From a bacterium (lineage in GTDB: Bacteria; SAR324; JACQKK01), in the NCBI GenBank assembly GCA_965240465.1, contig OZ251219.1:1376001-1440000 (forward strand): DNA of 64,000 nucleotides. The letters are read 5' to 3'. The position numbers and the translations under genes were made by a program. Below are positions 19,301-30,400 of this stretch, one piece after another (position 1 is the stretch's first letter; each line of letters begins with the position of its first letter). The notes below the pieces were generated by a model, which made no database searches, was not told where the DNA came from, and saw nothing but the letters and a program-made list of their open reading frames with translations.

Positions 19301-20401
19301 ATGGAATTATTCCTTAACAGCCCGATTCTGCAAGCAATTGTTAAGATTGCCGTTTTAGTGGTTGGATTTGCAATGTTGATGGGTACTTTACTTACTCTTA
19401 TGGAGCGTAAGTGGATGAGTGCTGTGCAGGACAGGGTTGGTCCAAATCGTGCTAATTTGGGTTCGGTCACCCTTCATGGTGCGTTGCATATTCTTGCTGA
19501 TGGGTTGAAATCTATTTTCAAGGAGGATACTGTTCCTATGGGGGCTAACAAGTTACTGTTTAGCATTGCTCCATATTTTGCCTTTTTGTCAGTGATTGTT
19601 CTTTGGGCGGTGATTCCTATTGCAGCTCCTCTGGAAGAGTTCACTTTTCAGATAGCTGATTTAGACATCGGCTTACTGCTGGTATTTGCAGCTACTTCGC
19701 TGGGGGTGTATGGGGCTGTTTTGGGAGGTTGGAGTTCCAACAACAAGTTTGCTTTGTTAGGAGCTACTCGTACTTCGGCTCAGATGCTGTCTTATGAGAT
19801 ATTTTTGGGTTTATCTTTGGTGGGTGTGTTTATGGTAAATGGGACACTATCTGTGGGGCAGATTGTGCTTAATCAGGGAGAGCATTGGCTAGGCTGGATA
19901 CCCAAATGGGGTATTTTCACCCAGCCGTTGGCGTTCATCATTTTTTTTGTAGCCATGTTGGCAGAGATAAAGCGTCAGCCATTTGATGCTCCAGAGGGAG
20001 AATCGGAGATTGTAGCGGGATATTTTTTGGAATACTCAGGCATGCGTTGGTCGGCATTTGTGTTGGCGGAGTATGTAGGTATTGTCGGGGTGAGTGCCCT
20101 AACGATCACCTTGTTTTTTGGAGGGTATCAAATTCTTTGGCTTGATGAGTTTGGTTTTTCCCCTGGCGGTGTATTATTGTTTCCTCTGCCTACTTGGTTG
20201 ATTGTGTTGCTTCAAATTGGCTCATTCATTACCAAAACCTTCTTTTTCTGCTGGCTGATAATCATCCTCCGCTGGACTATCCCTCGCTTTCGCTTTGACC
20301 AAATCATGGAACTAGGCTGGAAGCGTATGCTGCCCTTAGCATTGTTTAATATTTTTATAACTGCCCTGTCGCTGCTAATTTATGATTCCATACTCAGTTG
20401 A
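19301..20401 (+). CDS. nuoH: NADH-quinone oxidoreductase subunit H
   Basis: ERK..QDRVGPNR, ADGLK, AQMLSYE, PFDAPEGESE, PRFRFDQ. Confidence 0.93.
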   Translation: MELFLNSPILQAIVKIAVLVVGFAMLMGTLLTLMERKWMSAVQDRVGPNRANLGSVTLHGALHILADGLKSIFKEDTVPMGANKLLFSIAPYFAFLSVIVLWAVIPIAAPLEEFTFQIADLDIGLLLVFAATSLGVYGAVLGGWSSNNKFALLGATRTSAQMLSYEIFLGLSLVGVFMVNGTLSVGQIVLNQGEHWLGWIPKWGIFTQPLAFIIFFVAMLAEIKRQPFDAPEGESEIVAGYFLEYSGMRWSAFVLAEYVGIVGVSALTITLFFGGYQILWLDEFGFSPGGVLLFPLPTWLIVLLQIGSFITKTFFFCWLIIILRWTIPRFRFDQIMELGWKRMLPLALFNIFITALSLLIYDSILS

Positions 20402-20455
20402 TTTTGATAGTTTATTTAAGTAGTCCCGTAGTAGTTCCGAATATGCACTTTGGTG

Positions 20456-21592
20456 CTAAAGCATGAGTTGTGTGGTTAGTAGATCGGCTAGTAGAAGTCC
20501 TTTGGGAGTGAGGGCTAGGGTATGTTGATGTTGGGTAGCTAATCGTAATGTTATCCATTGCTGGCATGTTTTCTGTTGCTGGGCGTTCCAAGTGAGTTGG
20601 AATTGCTGTTGCCAGTGGTTGATATCCAGCCCCCTGGGCTGTCTTAATGCCAGCATTAGAGCTTCATTGGCGCGTTGTTGCGGAGTGAGGTCTTCCTGTA
20701 GGGTAAGGGGGAGTTGTTGTTTAGAAATAGCTGTTTGCCAATCCTGCAGGTTGCGATGATTTGCCCAGCGTTGTTGCTTCAGGTGGCTATGAGCACTGGG
20801 ACCTAGCCCCAGATAGTATCCACCTTGCCAGACTAGCAGGTTTTGCCGACTTTGTTTTCCTGCTTGGGCGAAGTTGGAGACCTCATACTGCTGCCAGCCG
20901 TGCTGCTGAAGCATTTTAGCAGCCCAGAGCATGGTTTTGGCGTGGTTATCCTGTTGGTATCCATGCCACTTTTGAATGCGAGAACTGCGTCCAAAGGGGG
21001 TGTTTGGCTCTAATTCAAGGGCATAGACCGATACATGTGGGGGCTGAAAAGCAATCCCCTGTAAGAGACTACTATGAAAAGCCTCTATGCCCTCTGGATG
21101 GGGAGCTCCCAAGATGAAATCCAAGTTGTAATTGGCAAACTGGTGGGCTACTGCCATAACTGCTTGTTCTGCTTGCTCTGCGGTGTGTTTTCGCCCTAGC
21201 ACTCGCAAGCTATGGTCGTTAAAACTCTGTACCCCCAAGCTAATGCGATTGACTCCCATATCCGCTAAATTAGCCAAGTAGGCTGATTTAGCATGTTCTG
21301 GGTTCACCTCCCAAGTGAGTTCTACATTTTTGGCTACTTTGAAATTATCTCGCACTGCCAGCAGCAGTAATTCTGCCTCTGGAGCAGTCAAGCAAGAGGG
21401 CGTACCACCACCTACATAGATGCTCTCTACCAACCCCAGCGACTCCCCCCACTCTGCCTGTGCTAGTTGAGCCTCGGATGTCAAAAATCTTAGATAACAT
21501 TTCCGAGCATCAGCTTCGTCTACACAAACCGCGAATCCACAAAATGGACACACCGAAGGGCAAAACGGCACGTGTATATACAAGCCGCTCAT
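20456..21592 (-). CDS. hemW: Radical SAM heme chaperone HemW (HemN-like)
   Basis: YIHVPFCPSVCPFC, GGGTPS, RISLGVQSF, YEVSNFA, YLGLGPSAH. Confidence 0.85.
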   Translation of the reverse strand: MSGLYIHVPFCPSVCPFCGFAVCVDEADARKCYLRFLTSEAQLAQAEWGESLGLVESIYVGGGTPSCLTAPEAELLLLAVRDNFKVAKNVELTWEVNPEHAKSAYLANLADMGVNRISLGVQSFNDHSLRVLGRKHTAEQAEQAVMAVAHQFANYNLDFILGAPHPEGIEAFHSSLLQGIAFQPPHVSVYALELEPNTPFGRSSRIQKWHGYQQDNHAKTMLWAAKMLQQHGWQQYEVSNFAQAGKQSRQNLLVWQGGYYLGLGPSAHSHLKQQRWANHRNLQDWQTAISKQQLPLTLQEDLTPQQRANEALMLALRQPRGLDINHWQQQFQLTWNAQQQKTCQQWITLRLATQHQHTLALTPKGLLLADLLTTQLML

Positions 21593-21608
21593 TTTTTGTC
21601 CTATCCTA

Positions 21609-21938
21609 TCAGGCTAAACGCAAGCCGAATGGCAGCTGGTAGTACCATAGATAAATAATTGCTACTAACGAGACCAATTCCAACAAGCGATCAAAAGAGT
21701 TTCTCTTCCTCAAACTTATTACTCTTAGCAGACCTACCACTACCACTACCCAAGCAGCATACTGCGGACCTAAACCAGGCTTGCCAAATGCAATACTCAA
21801 TAATGCTGCCGCCGCCATCAAAGCCCAGCTGGTAAAAGTATGTGCAAATAATTCCTCAGCACGACCCCCAGGATAAATCACCCGATATAGCCAAAATCCG
21901 CATAAAATCAAGGAATAAACAACCAAGGGCAACTTCAT
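21609..21938 (-). CDS. Small hypothetical membrane protein
   Basis: About four hydrophobic segments; SD-like aggagag upstream; fills the lepA-hemW gap. Confidence 0.65.
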   Translation of the reverse strand: MKLPLVVYSLILCGFWLYRVIYPGGRAEELFAHTFTSWALMAAAALLSIAFGKPGLGPQYAAWVVVVVGLLRVISLRKRNSFDRLLELVSLVAIIYLWYYQLPFGLRLA

Positions 21939-21999
21939 ATCACTCTCCTTTGTAAGATAACGACCTATTCACAGCAATTTACCCTCCCACCATAACACA

Positions 22000-23898
22000 T
22001 TATTTGGTTTTTAATATTGCCATAAATGCCTCTTGAGGAACTTCAATAGTACCGATTTGCTTCATACGCTTTTTGCCTTCTTTTTGTTTTTCCAGCAGTT
22101 TGCGTTTGCGGGAAACATCACCTCCATAACACTTGGCAGTAACATTCTTTCTTATAGCACTGATGGTTTCACGAGCTACAATGCGAGCTCCAATAGAGGC
22201 CTGTATGGCCACCTCAAACATTTGTCTAGGAATTTGCTCCTTTAAGCGTAGAGCTAGCTCCCTGCCGCGGGATGCTGCCTGTCCCTTGGGGACAATTAGC
22301 GAAAGAGCATCCACTGGAGAGCCATTGAGGAGCATATCCAACCTCACCAAATTACCACGACGAAAGCCCAGTGGCTCATAGTCAAATGAACCATATCCGC
22401 GGGTGATGGATTTAAGGCGGTCATGGAAATCAACGATAATCTCACTTAGGGGTAATTCGTAGGTAAGCATAGCTCTTTGTCCCTCCATATACTCTATAGA
22501 TTGCTGTTCTCCGCGTTTTTTCAATAACAATTGCATTGTTGCACCTACATAATCTTTAGGGACAAATACTTGCCCTTTCACATATGGCTCAGCGATAAAA
22601 TCAATGCGGACAGGGTCGGGCAGGCAGTTGGGATTTTCTATATACATCAATTTCCCCGATTTCAAGTGAGCTTCGTAGACCACGGTGGGTGCAGTGACTA
22701 TAAGATTGATGTCCATTTCCATTTCTAGTCTCTGCTGGACTACCTCCATGTGTAGCATTCCTAAGAATTTACAACGGAATCCATGTCCTAAAGCCGCGGA
22801 GCTTTCTGGCTCATACTGTAGGGCAGAGTCGTTTAGTGCTAGCTTAGCAAGGGCTTCTCTCAGATGCTCAAACAGCTCGCCCTCTGCAGGATAAAGCCCG
22901 CTAAATACCATGGGCTTCAATTGGGTGTATCCTTGCAGAGGTTCAGTAGCAGGACGGTCTGCCAGAGTGATGGTGTCGCCTACTCTGGCTTGCTGAATAT
23001 CCTTGATGGAAGCCGATAAATTGCCCACGTCTCCAGCAGTTAGCATGTTCAATTCGTGGCGTTCAGGAGTCATAATGCCAAGCGAAGTCACTTCAAACGA
23101 CTTACCAGATCTCATAAACAAGATCTTATCGCCTACATTGACTTGCCCCTCCCGCACCCGAATGTTAACCATCACGCCTAAGTAGTTATCAAACCAAGCG
23201 TCGTAGACTAGTGCCTTGAGGGGAGCACTAGCAGAACCTGTTGGAGGGGGTATTTGCATGATTACTTCCTCCATTACGGCAGTGACTCCCTCTCCAGCCT
23301 TAGAATTAACCGTAAGCATTGGAATATCTCCCCCTAATAGTCCTTGCAGTTGTCTTTGGACTGCTTTGGGGTCGGCGTGAGGCATGTCAACCTTGCTAAG
23401 TACGGGGATGATGGTTAAATCTTGCTCCAGTGCCAGATATAGATTAGCTAAGGTTTGTGCCTCTATTCCTTGCGATGAGTCAACCAGCAATAAAGCTCCT
23501 TCGCAAGCAGCCAGCGAGCGTGATACCTCATAGCTGAAATCAACGTGGCCGGGGGTATCAATAAAATTTAGTCTGTAGTCCAGACCATCTTCAGCCTGCC
23601 AGTTAAGGCTAACAGTCTGTGCCTTGATGGTAATTCCGCGTTCTTGCTCTAATTCCAGAGAGTCCAGCAAGCAACTTTTCATTTTTCGTTGAGAAACAGC
23701 ACCGCTGATTTCCATCATACGGTCAGCAAAAGTGGATTTGCCGTGGTCTGCGTGGGCAATGATGGAAAAATTACGCACCCGTTTTCCTACCAGATGCACA
23801 TCAGCAGGTGCCGAATCAGCAGTCCGACCATCGGTAGCTTTAGATTTGGCAGATTGGGGTGATGGTGGGGAAGCCTGTTTTTGTTGGGTGGAACTCAT
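22000..23898 (-). CDS. lepA: Translation elongation factor 4
   Basis: RNFSIIAHADHGKST, DTPGHVDF, KCYGGDVSRKRKLLEKQKEGKKRMK. Confidence 0.96.
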   Translation of the reverse strand: MSSTQQKQASPPSPQSAKSKATDGRTADSAPADVHLVGKRVRNFSIIAHADHGKSTFADRMMEISGAVSQRKMKSCLLDSLELEQERGITIKAQTVSLNWQAEDGLDYRLNFIDTPGHVDFSYEVSRSLAACEGALLLVDSSQGIEAQTLANLYLALEQDLTIIPVLSKVDMPHADPKAVQRQLQGLLGGDIPMLTVNSKAGEGVTAVMEEVIMQIPPPTGSASAPLKALVYDAWFDNYLGVMVNIRVREGQVNVGDKILFMRSGKSFEVTSLGIMTPERHELNMLTAGDVGNLSASIKDIQQARVGDTITLADRPATEPLQGYTQLKPMVFSGLYPAEGELFEHLREALAKLALNDSALQYEPESSAALGHGFRCKFLGMLHMEVVQQRLEMEMDINLIVTAPTVVYEAHLKSGKLMYIENPNCLPDPVRIDFIAEPYVKGQVFVPKDYVGATMQLLLKKRGEQQSIEYMEGQRAMLTYELPLSEIIVDFHDRLKSITRGYGSFDYEPLGFRRGNLVRLDMLLNGSPVDALSLIVPKGQAASRGRELALRLKEQIPRQMFEVAIQASIGARIVARETISAIRKNVTAKCYGGDVSRKRKLLEKQKEGKKRMKQIGTIEVPQEAFMAILKTK

Positions 23899-23991
23899 AG
23901 AGTCAATGATATCCTAATTTTAGCTGATAAGCAGGAACAATCCTTTTTATAAAGAGCGGTATATTTGTTTCTCTGCCTACTCATTGAGCGA

Positions 23992-26133
23992 TTAAACAGT
24001 CACCCAAGCCAGTAACCGTAGCTTATCCACTTCAAGCAAGCGGACGTTTACAGGATCGCCCTCAGGTAGCAATTCTCCTCGTAGTTGTACTGCCAACTCC
24101 ACCTGAGGCAGCCAAACCCGTGGGATACCGCTGGACGCTGATTTATAAGGCTTAGCAGTCAGTGGTTGGTGAGTGTTTTGTTCTAGCCACACTAGCTTCC
24201 AATATTTTTCTAAATTATTACGCACCTGATTCAATTCTCCTATCCTTCTCTCGGCTTGTTGGGACATCTCCTGTAACTGCTCTTTTTTCCATGGCAGAGG
24301 TTGACCTCCAAGATGTGCCAGCAATTGTTGCTGAATATACAAGTCTAGGCCTCGCCTTAAAGGTGCCGTCAGTTGCAAATAGCGTTGGCAGGCTAATCCT
24401 GCATGCGGGGCTGCCTCAAGCGAATATCGTGCCCCTGATAATCTCATCGGCTGGGTGGTTTTAGACTGTGGAGAGCACTGAGAACTAGGCTTGTCATCAG
24501 GCAGAACTTGAGATTGCATGTTCTTTTGATACTTGTGTGAGTACTTTTGTTGAGGTTTAGGTCTTGCCTTCTGCACCCGATAGCAAACGGGCAATTCTTG
24601 CTGGTGGCAATAATCAGCAGCCAGAGCATTACAAGAGATGGCTAATTCCTCCACCATGCGATAAATAGGGGCATCGCGCCGAATATGATATAACCGCACC
24701 GCTTGGGGTTGAGAGGCATCAACATGAAGCTCGTAGCGTTCTTGGGAATGTGCCCCAGCTGCGAGACGTTTATCCGCCAGTTTCTGACAGATATTAGCCA
24801 GCAATCCCCAGCTACCCTGACGCTTCAGCAGCTCTGCTCCTTGCTGATAATCGTAGTTTTGCGTTACTTTCACCCAACTGGGAAAAACATCCAGCAGGCG
24901 TATTTGCTCAGGACTAAGTTCCAAGCGAAAGCTGATTGCCTCCCGCAAGCAACCTGCCTTAAGGCTACTGCGTTCCTCACTGAGCGACAAGGGTAGCATT
25001 GGTACACAACCCGCAGGATGATACAAACTAGAGGCACGCCTAAATACTTCCTCCATTAAAGGATGATGGGCAGTTATCAAAGCTGCAGGTGCTGCAATGG
25101 AAAGCACTACCACCACTCCTGCTGGAGATGCCTTTTCTATCGCAATGGCATCATCATAATCTTTGGTGCTGGACGAATCAAAGGTGTAGCTATCTACCGT
25201 CAAGTGCCTACCTGCCCGAATATAACTACTGGCAGCTGAACGATTATCATTAGGGGGATTGACAAGAATACTCGCTAATTGAGTAGCAGATTCCAGCAAC
25301 GAGGCTGAAAAAATTCCCAGATTGGCACGTTCCATCCAGATATCAGGCCAGCCCGACCAGCAATCTGCTGCCCGCAACCAGCCTGCCAACAATTGCTGAC
25401 GCTCCAAGCCTTCCATACCCTTAAGCCCCAAGCTAACCGCCATTATCTGCCAATACTCCGAGGCTTTATCAGCTACCAGCAAAGAGCGTAGTACAACAAC
25501 CAAGCTCGGGCGTTGAAAACCCTCCGTTGATGATGGCGACACAACCGCTTCCTCAGGCAAAGGCTCTCCCCCATTTAAGCCAGCCAACCAGACTTTTACC
25601 TGCTGCATCCATATTTTTTGCTCCGCATGAATGGCTTTCTTAAGGCGTAGCTGTTGGCTATCAGATTTGCTAAGTACCAGCCAGCCATCGCGTTGTCTTT
25701 TGAAAAATACCCCCGCGGATAAAACCCAAAACCAGCATGCCCGCTGCCAACCAACCACATCTAAGCCCTGCAACAAGGTCTCTGTTGTCAGTACTTCTCC
25801 CTCAGTGAATCCGTCTCCCCCATCACCTCCCCACCGCAATTGCTCTAACGCTTGCTCTTCCTCAGCACTCAATTTGCCCTCCAGCAACTCCCGATGCCCA
25901 ATCTCCCGTTGCCTCAATTCCTCCAAGGCTGCTGAGGTATCATCGCGGTCATCCCCCCATTGAAACAGAACCCTAGCCTTCGCCAGACGCTCTTGTTTTC
26001 CATTTCCCAGCTGTATAATCCCCTCCTCTTCCCCTATCAACCCCAAGCAGATGCGTCTCTCACCATAGTAACAGCAGTACTGGGGGGGATGTTTCATGCC
26101 ATATCTCCACCCCTCCGATATAGCACAAAACAA
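23992..26133 (-). CDS. RNB-domain ribonuclease II family protein (divergent)
   Basis: Catalytic-type FDSSSTKDYDDAI, SLY...PMLP, MVEEL, HAGL...YLQLTAPLRR. Confidence 0.8.
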   Translation of the reverse strand: MFCAISEGWRYGMKHPPQYCCYYGERRICLGLIGEEEGIIQLGNGKQERLAKARVLFQWGDDRDDTSAALEELRQREIGHRELLEGKLSAEEEQALEQLRWGGDGGDGFTEGEVLTTETLLQGLDVVGWQRACWFWVLSAGVFFKRQRDGWLVLSKSDSQQLRLKKAIHAEQKIWMQQVKVWLAGLNGGEPLPEEAVVSPSSTEGFQRPSLVVVLRSLLVADKASEYWQIMAVSLGLKGMEGLERQQLLAGWLRAADCWSGWPDIWMERANLGIFSASLLESATQLASILVNPPNDNRSAASSYIRAGRHLTVDSYTFDSSSTKDYDDAIAIEKASPAGVVVVLSIAAPAALITAHHPLMEEVFRRASSLYHPAGCVPMLPLSLSEERSSLKAGCLREAISFRLELSPEQIRLLDVFPSWVKVTQNYDYQQGAELLKRQGSWGLLANICQKLADKRLAAGAHSQERYELHVDASQPQAVRLYHIRRDAPIYRMVEELAISCNALAADYCHQQELPVCYRVQKARPKPQQKYSHKYQKNMQSQVLPDDKPSSQCSPQSKTTQPMRLSGARYSLEAAPHAGLACQRYLQLTAPLRRGLDLYIQQQLLAHLGGQPLPWKKEQLQEMSQQAERRIGELNQVRNNLEKYWKLVWLEQNTHQPLTAKPYKSASSGIPRVWLPQVELAVQLRGELLPEGDPVNVRLLEVDKLRLLAWVTV

Positions 26134-26156
26134 CTAAAAGAAAGCCCTGTTTTAAT

Positions 26157-27188
26157 CTAACCTAAATCATTTAGAGAATAGGGATGGTAACGCATCACAA
26201 ACAAGACTAAGTCATTGCCTTCCAGTAATCCGATCTGCTTTTTTGGATATTCATCCCTAAGTTTTTTTAGATCTTTCCTAAAACCAGCAGTCACCTCGCC
26301 AGTCATCATAATCAAGCCTGAGTCAAATGGCTCATCATCTTTTTCCCCTTTTTCAAAGGCTGTCCTAATGTCTTTAATGGACTGTGTATTATCAACATCG
26401 CCATGATAAGACTTTATCTGGACTGCACAAAGTTTTTCCTTCATACCACTAAAAGGGAGATCTCTATATCCTATGATTGCATCCAATCCATGGCTATCTA
26501 TTTTTTCATTAATTGTTGCTGATGGCAAGGCCTTCTCTAAACACTTAATCAAAGGTTCTTCTAGATTTTTGCTGTGATGATGTTTATGTAATTCTTTGCC
26601 TATATCATCAATATTTTTACTAGCACCAACAACAAAATCATGGAATCTACTCTTGTCATCGGCTTCTTCTTTGCTAATAGTACCTGATTCTAGCTTTCGT
26701 AAAACCTCTTCAAATTGATCTCTAGAAGATACTTTTTGCCATCTTCTTATTGGGGTAAAATTTCCTTGCAACGAATTAGGTACATCTTTATTCTTACGAT
26801 AGAATGAATATAGTTTCTGGACACCTATGCAATGCCGATAATCCCCATGATTATAGTCATATTTCCCTTCTAGCAGACTCTCGTCTTGATAACTTTCATC
26901 TTCGTCCTTGAAAGAATAGCCTTCCGTTACCCTGGCAATGGTAACCTGTCCATATTTAGGTAGGTGTGTGAACACCAAATAATCGCCTTTGTTAATATTA
27001 AGCAAAAAGCCATTCCCTTGTTCATCATTCTTTTTATCTCGTAAATTACTGTCATCACCCCTGCTCCATCCAAACCGTGCTGTTCCTTCTTCCAGGTTTT
27101 TCGCCAACCAAGCCTCAAGACCATTGGCGTGATCCCAGCCTATTGTATTTACAGCTAAAATTTTGTTACCAGCTGATAGTTCCATCAT
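26157..27188 (-). CDS. Putative Mrr-like restriction endonuclease with N-terminal sensor-like domain
   Basis: C-terminal HGLDAII...AVQIKSY...GLIMMTG...LLEGNDL fits the Mrr D..QxK pattern; more AT-rich than flanks. Confidence 0.6.
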   Translation of the reverse strand: MMELSAGNKILAVNTIGWDHANGLEAWLAKNLEEGTARFGWSRGDDSNLRDKKNDEQGNGFLLNINKGDYLVFTHLPKYGQVTIARVTEGYSFKDEDESYQDESLLEGKYDYNHGDYRHCIGVQKLYSFYRKNKDVPNSLQGNFTPIRRWQKVSSRDQFEEVLRKLESGTISKEEADDKSRFHDFVVGASKNIDDIGKELHKHHHSKNLEEPLIKCLEKALPSATINEKIDSHGLDAIIGYRDLPFSGMKEKLCAVQIKSYHGDVDNTQSIKDIRTAFEKGEKDDEPFDSGLIMMTGEVTAGFRKDLKKLRDEYPKKQIGLLEGNDLVLFVMRYHPYSLNDLG

Positions 27189-27402
27189 TGTCTCCTATTT
27201 ATAATTAAAATACAAAATATACATACTTAATTGTATGTGTGAAGAGCGTATTACCATGAATAAGTAAAGTCAAATAATAACGCCTGTTTTTTTTATGTTG
27301 CTTAATTCCCTTGAAAAAACTGGTACTTGTGGCAAGATGGCGACATGGGGCGGTAAGGATTTGGCAAATTAGGCTTACCATGTCTTTTAATGATGTAGAT
27401 AA

Positions 27403-30400
27403 ATGCCCTTAAAAGATGTTCCTGCCTGCTATGACGGGTCTCGGCTGGAAGAAGAAATACTGCAATTTTGGCAGCAGCAGGATGTTTTTGCCAAGTGCTT
27501 AGAACAGACTGAGGGGCGGCCGCTGTTTTCATTTAATGAGGGTCCTCCTACCGCCAATGGCAAGCCGGGCTTGCATCATGTGCTGGCACGTGCCTTTAAG
27601 GACATTTACCTCCGCTACCGAACTATGCGTGGGTTTTATTGTCCTCGCAAGGCGGGCTGGGATTGCCACGGGTTGCCAGTGGAACACGAAGTAGAAAAAG
27701 AACTGGGCATTTTCAACAAGCAGGAAATTGAATCTCGGGTGGGGATAGAGGAATTTAATCGCCGTTGTCGGCAATCGGTCATGCGTTATGTGAAACCTTG
27801 GGCAGAAATGACCCAACGCATGGGCTTTTGGGTAGATCTGGAGAACGCTTATTTCACCCTCGACAATGACTATATTGAATCGGTCTGGCAGCTGCTTAAA
27901 ATAATCTGGGATAAGGGCTTTATTAAAAAAGACTATAAGGTTGTTCCATATGACCCGCAAGCGGGGGTCACCTTGTCATCGCATGAGGTGGCTTTGGGCT
28001 ACAAAGAGGTGGAAGATCCTTCGGTGTTCGTACGCTTTCGTCTACAGGATAAGGAAAATACCAGCCTGCTAGCTTGGACAACCACTCCCTGGACACTGCC
28101 AGCTAATTTTGCTCTGGCTGTAAATCCTGAGGCTGAGTATCTAGAAGTGGAAGTAGACCTGACTGAGCCCACTGATAAAAAATGCGAGCGATTAATAGTC
28201 GCCCAGCAGTGCTTGGAAGCAGTATTTTCAGGGGTGGAAGTAAAGATTATCAGGCGTATGCAGGGGCATGAACTGGCAGGGATGCGTTATCAGAGGCTGT
28301 TTGATGAGTGGCCTGCCGAGGGATATGTTTGTCGCATTGTGGCAGAGAAGTTTGTGGGTACAGATGAAGGTACAGGGATTGTCCATTTGGCTCCCTATGG
28401 TGCAGAAGATATGGAAGTTGCCCGCAAGCATGGTTTCACGGCAGCCCATGTGGTTGGCATGGATGGGAAATTTTTACCGCATGTATCATTTGTAGCTGGC
28501 AAATTCTTTAAGGATGCCGATAAAAGCATCATCAAGGCGTTAAAAGACAAGGGGTTGCTGTTTAGAATGCAGATTATCACGCATAGCTATCCTCATGGTT
28601 GGCGTACAGGCGTGCCGCTTATGTACTATCCTAAGGAAGCTTGGTTTATTCGCACCTCACAGATACGCGCGCGTATGGTGGAGCTTAACCAGAGTATTAA
28701 CTGGATACCCGATCACATTAAGGACGGTCGCTTTGGGAATTGGCTCTCTAACAATGTGGATTGGGCTCTTTCCCGAGAAAGATTTTGGGGTACTCCTTTG
28801 CCTATCTGGACTGATGGCGAGGAATTCATATGTGTTGGGTCTGTAGCAGAGCTAGAAAAGCTCTGCGGTAAAAATCTGATGGAGCTTGATTTACATCGTC
28901 CTGCGGTAGACAAAATAACCTTCCCTCATCCTAAAACAGGTCGTACAATGAGCAGAGTGCCAGAAGTGATTGATTGCTGGTTTGACTCAGGAGCTATGCC
29001 ATACGCCCAGTGGCACTACCCATTTGAAAACAAAGAGCGTTTTCAAAAGCAATTTCCTGCTGATTTCATATGTGAGGCCATCGACCAAACTAGGGGCTGG
29101 TTTTATAGCCTCCATGCGGTAGCTACCTTGATATCTGACCAAGCTTCTTTTCAGAATGTGATCTGTTTGAGTCACATAGTGGATGAAAATGGGTGCAAGA
29201 TGTCCAAATCGCTGGGAAATGTGATTGCCCCCTTTGAGGTTTTCAATAAGGTTGGTGCAGATCCTCTCAGATGGCATTTCCTTGCCAGAGTCCCTCCAGA
29301 AGGTCAAAAACGAGTTTCATTAGACTTAATTCGGGGAGTTTCCAGCGGATTTATCAACACTTATTGGAATATTTATGCTTTTTTCATTAACTATGCCAAG
29401 CTAGATAAAATCAATTTTAATCAGCCTCTTGACCCCAAATTACTCACCGAAATAGACCGCTGGATACTGGCATTGCTGGGAAAAACCATTCTCACAGTTT
29501 CTACTGCCCTAGACAACTTTGATGCCCGTACCGCAGGAGATTCTCTAGAACGCTTTGTCAACCAACTCAGCAATTGGTACATACGCCGCAACCGATACCG
29601 ATTTTGGAAAAGTGAGCCTGGTCAAGACAAGCAAATGGCTTATTTAACACTAGGGCATTGTCTGTATGACATCAATCGTATGCTGGCACCTTTTATGCCC
29701 TTTATCACAGAGGAGGTACATAAAAATCTAGCCAGCACCATAAACTCCAGTGCCCCCGTAAGCGTTCACCTAGATAGCTGGCCTAAGCCTGATGATTCCT
29801 TTATTGATCAGCCATTGGTTGAGCAAATGAACGTAGCCCAAAAAGTGGTTTCATTAGGTCGGGCTGCCAGAGAAAAATCTGCCATCCGAGTTAGGCAGCC
29901 ATTGTCTCTCATCAGTATCTATCTTCCCGATGAAATCGCAAAAGAAGCCGTCCTAGCCCAAAAAAAGCATATCTTGGAAGAACTAAACATCAAAAAACTA
30001 GAGTTTCTACCGCCCCAAGCCTGTATTGCCCAGTACCAAGTTAAGCCGAACCTTCCTCGCCTAGGTAAAAAACTAGGTCCGCGTATCCCCGTCCTAAAAA
30101 AAACCCTAGCTGCTTTGCCCGAAAAATCAATCGCCCAACTCCAACAAGGACAATCCATCACCATTACGCTCAATAATCAATCCCTCAACCTATCACCAGA
30201 AGATGTACTTATTGAAACCACCTCTGCCAATGCTGGTCAACAATCGGCTGCCAGTGAAGGCAAAATCCTGGTCATCATCAATACCAGTCTAAACGAAAAA
30301 TTGCTACAAGAAGGACTCGCCCGAGAACTCATCCGCTCCGTACAAGAAGCTCGTAAACAAGCTCAACTTAAACTCTCCGACCGCATCAACCTTCACATTA

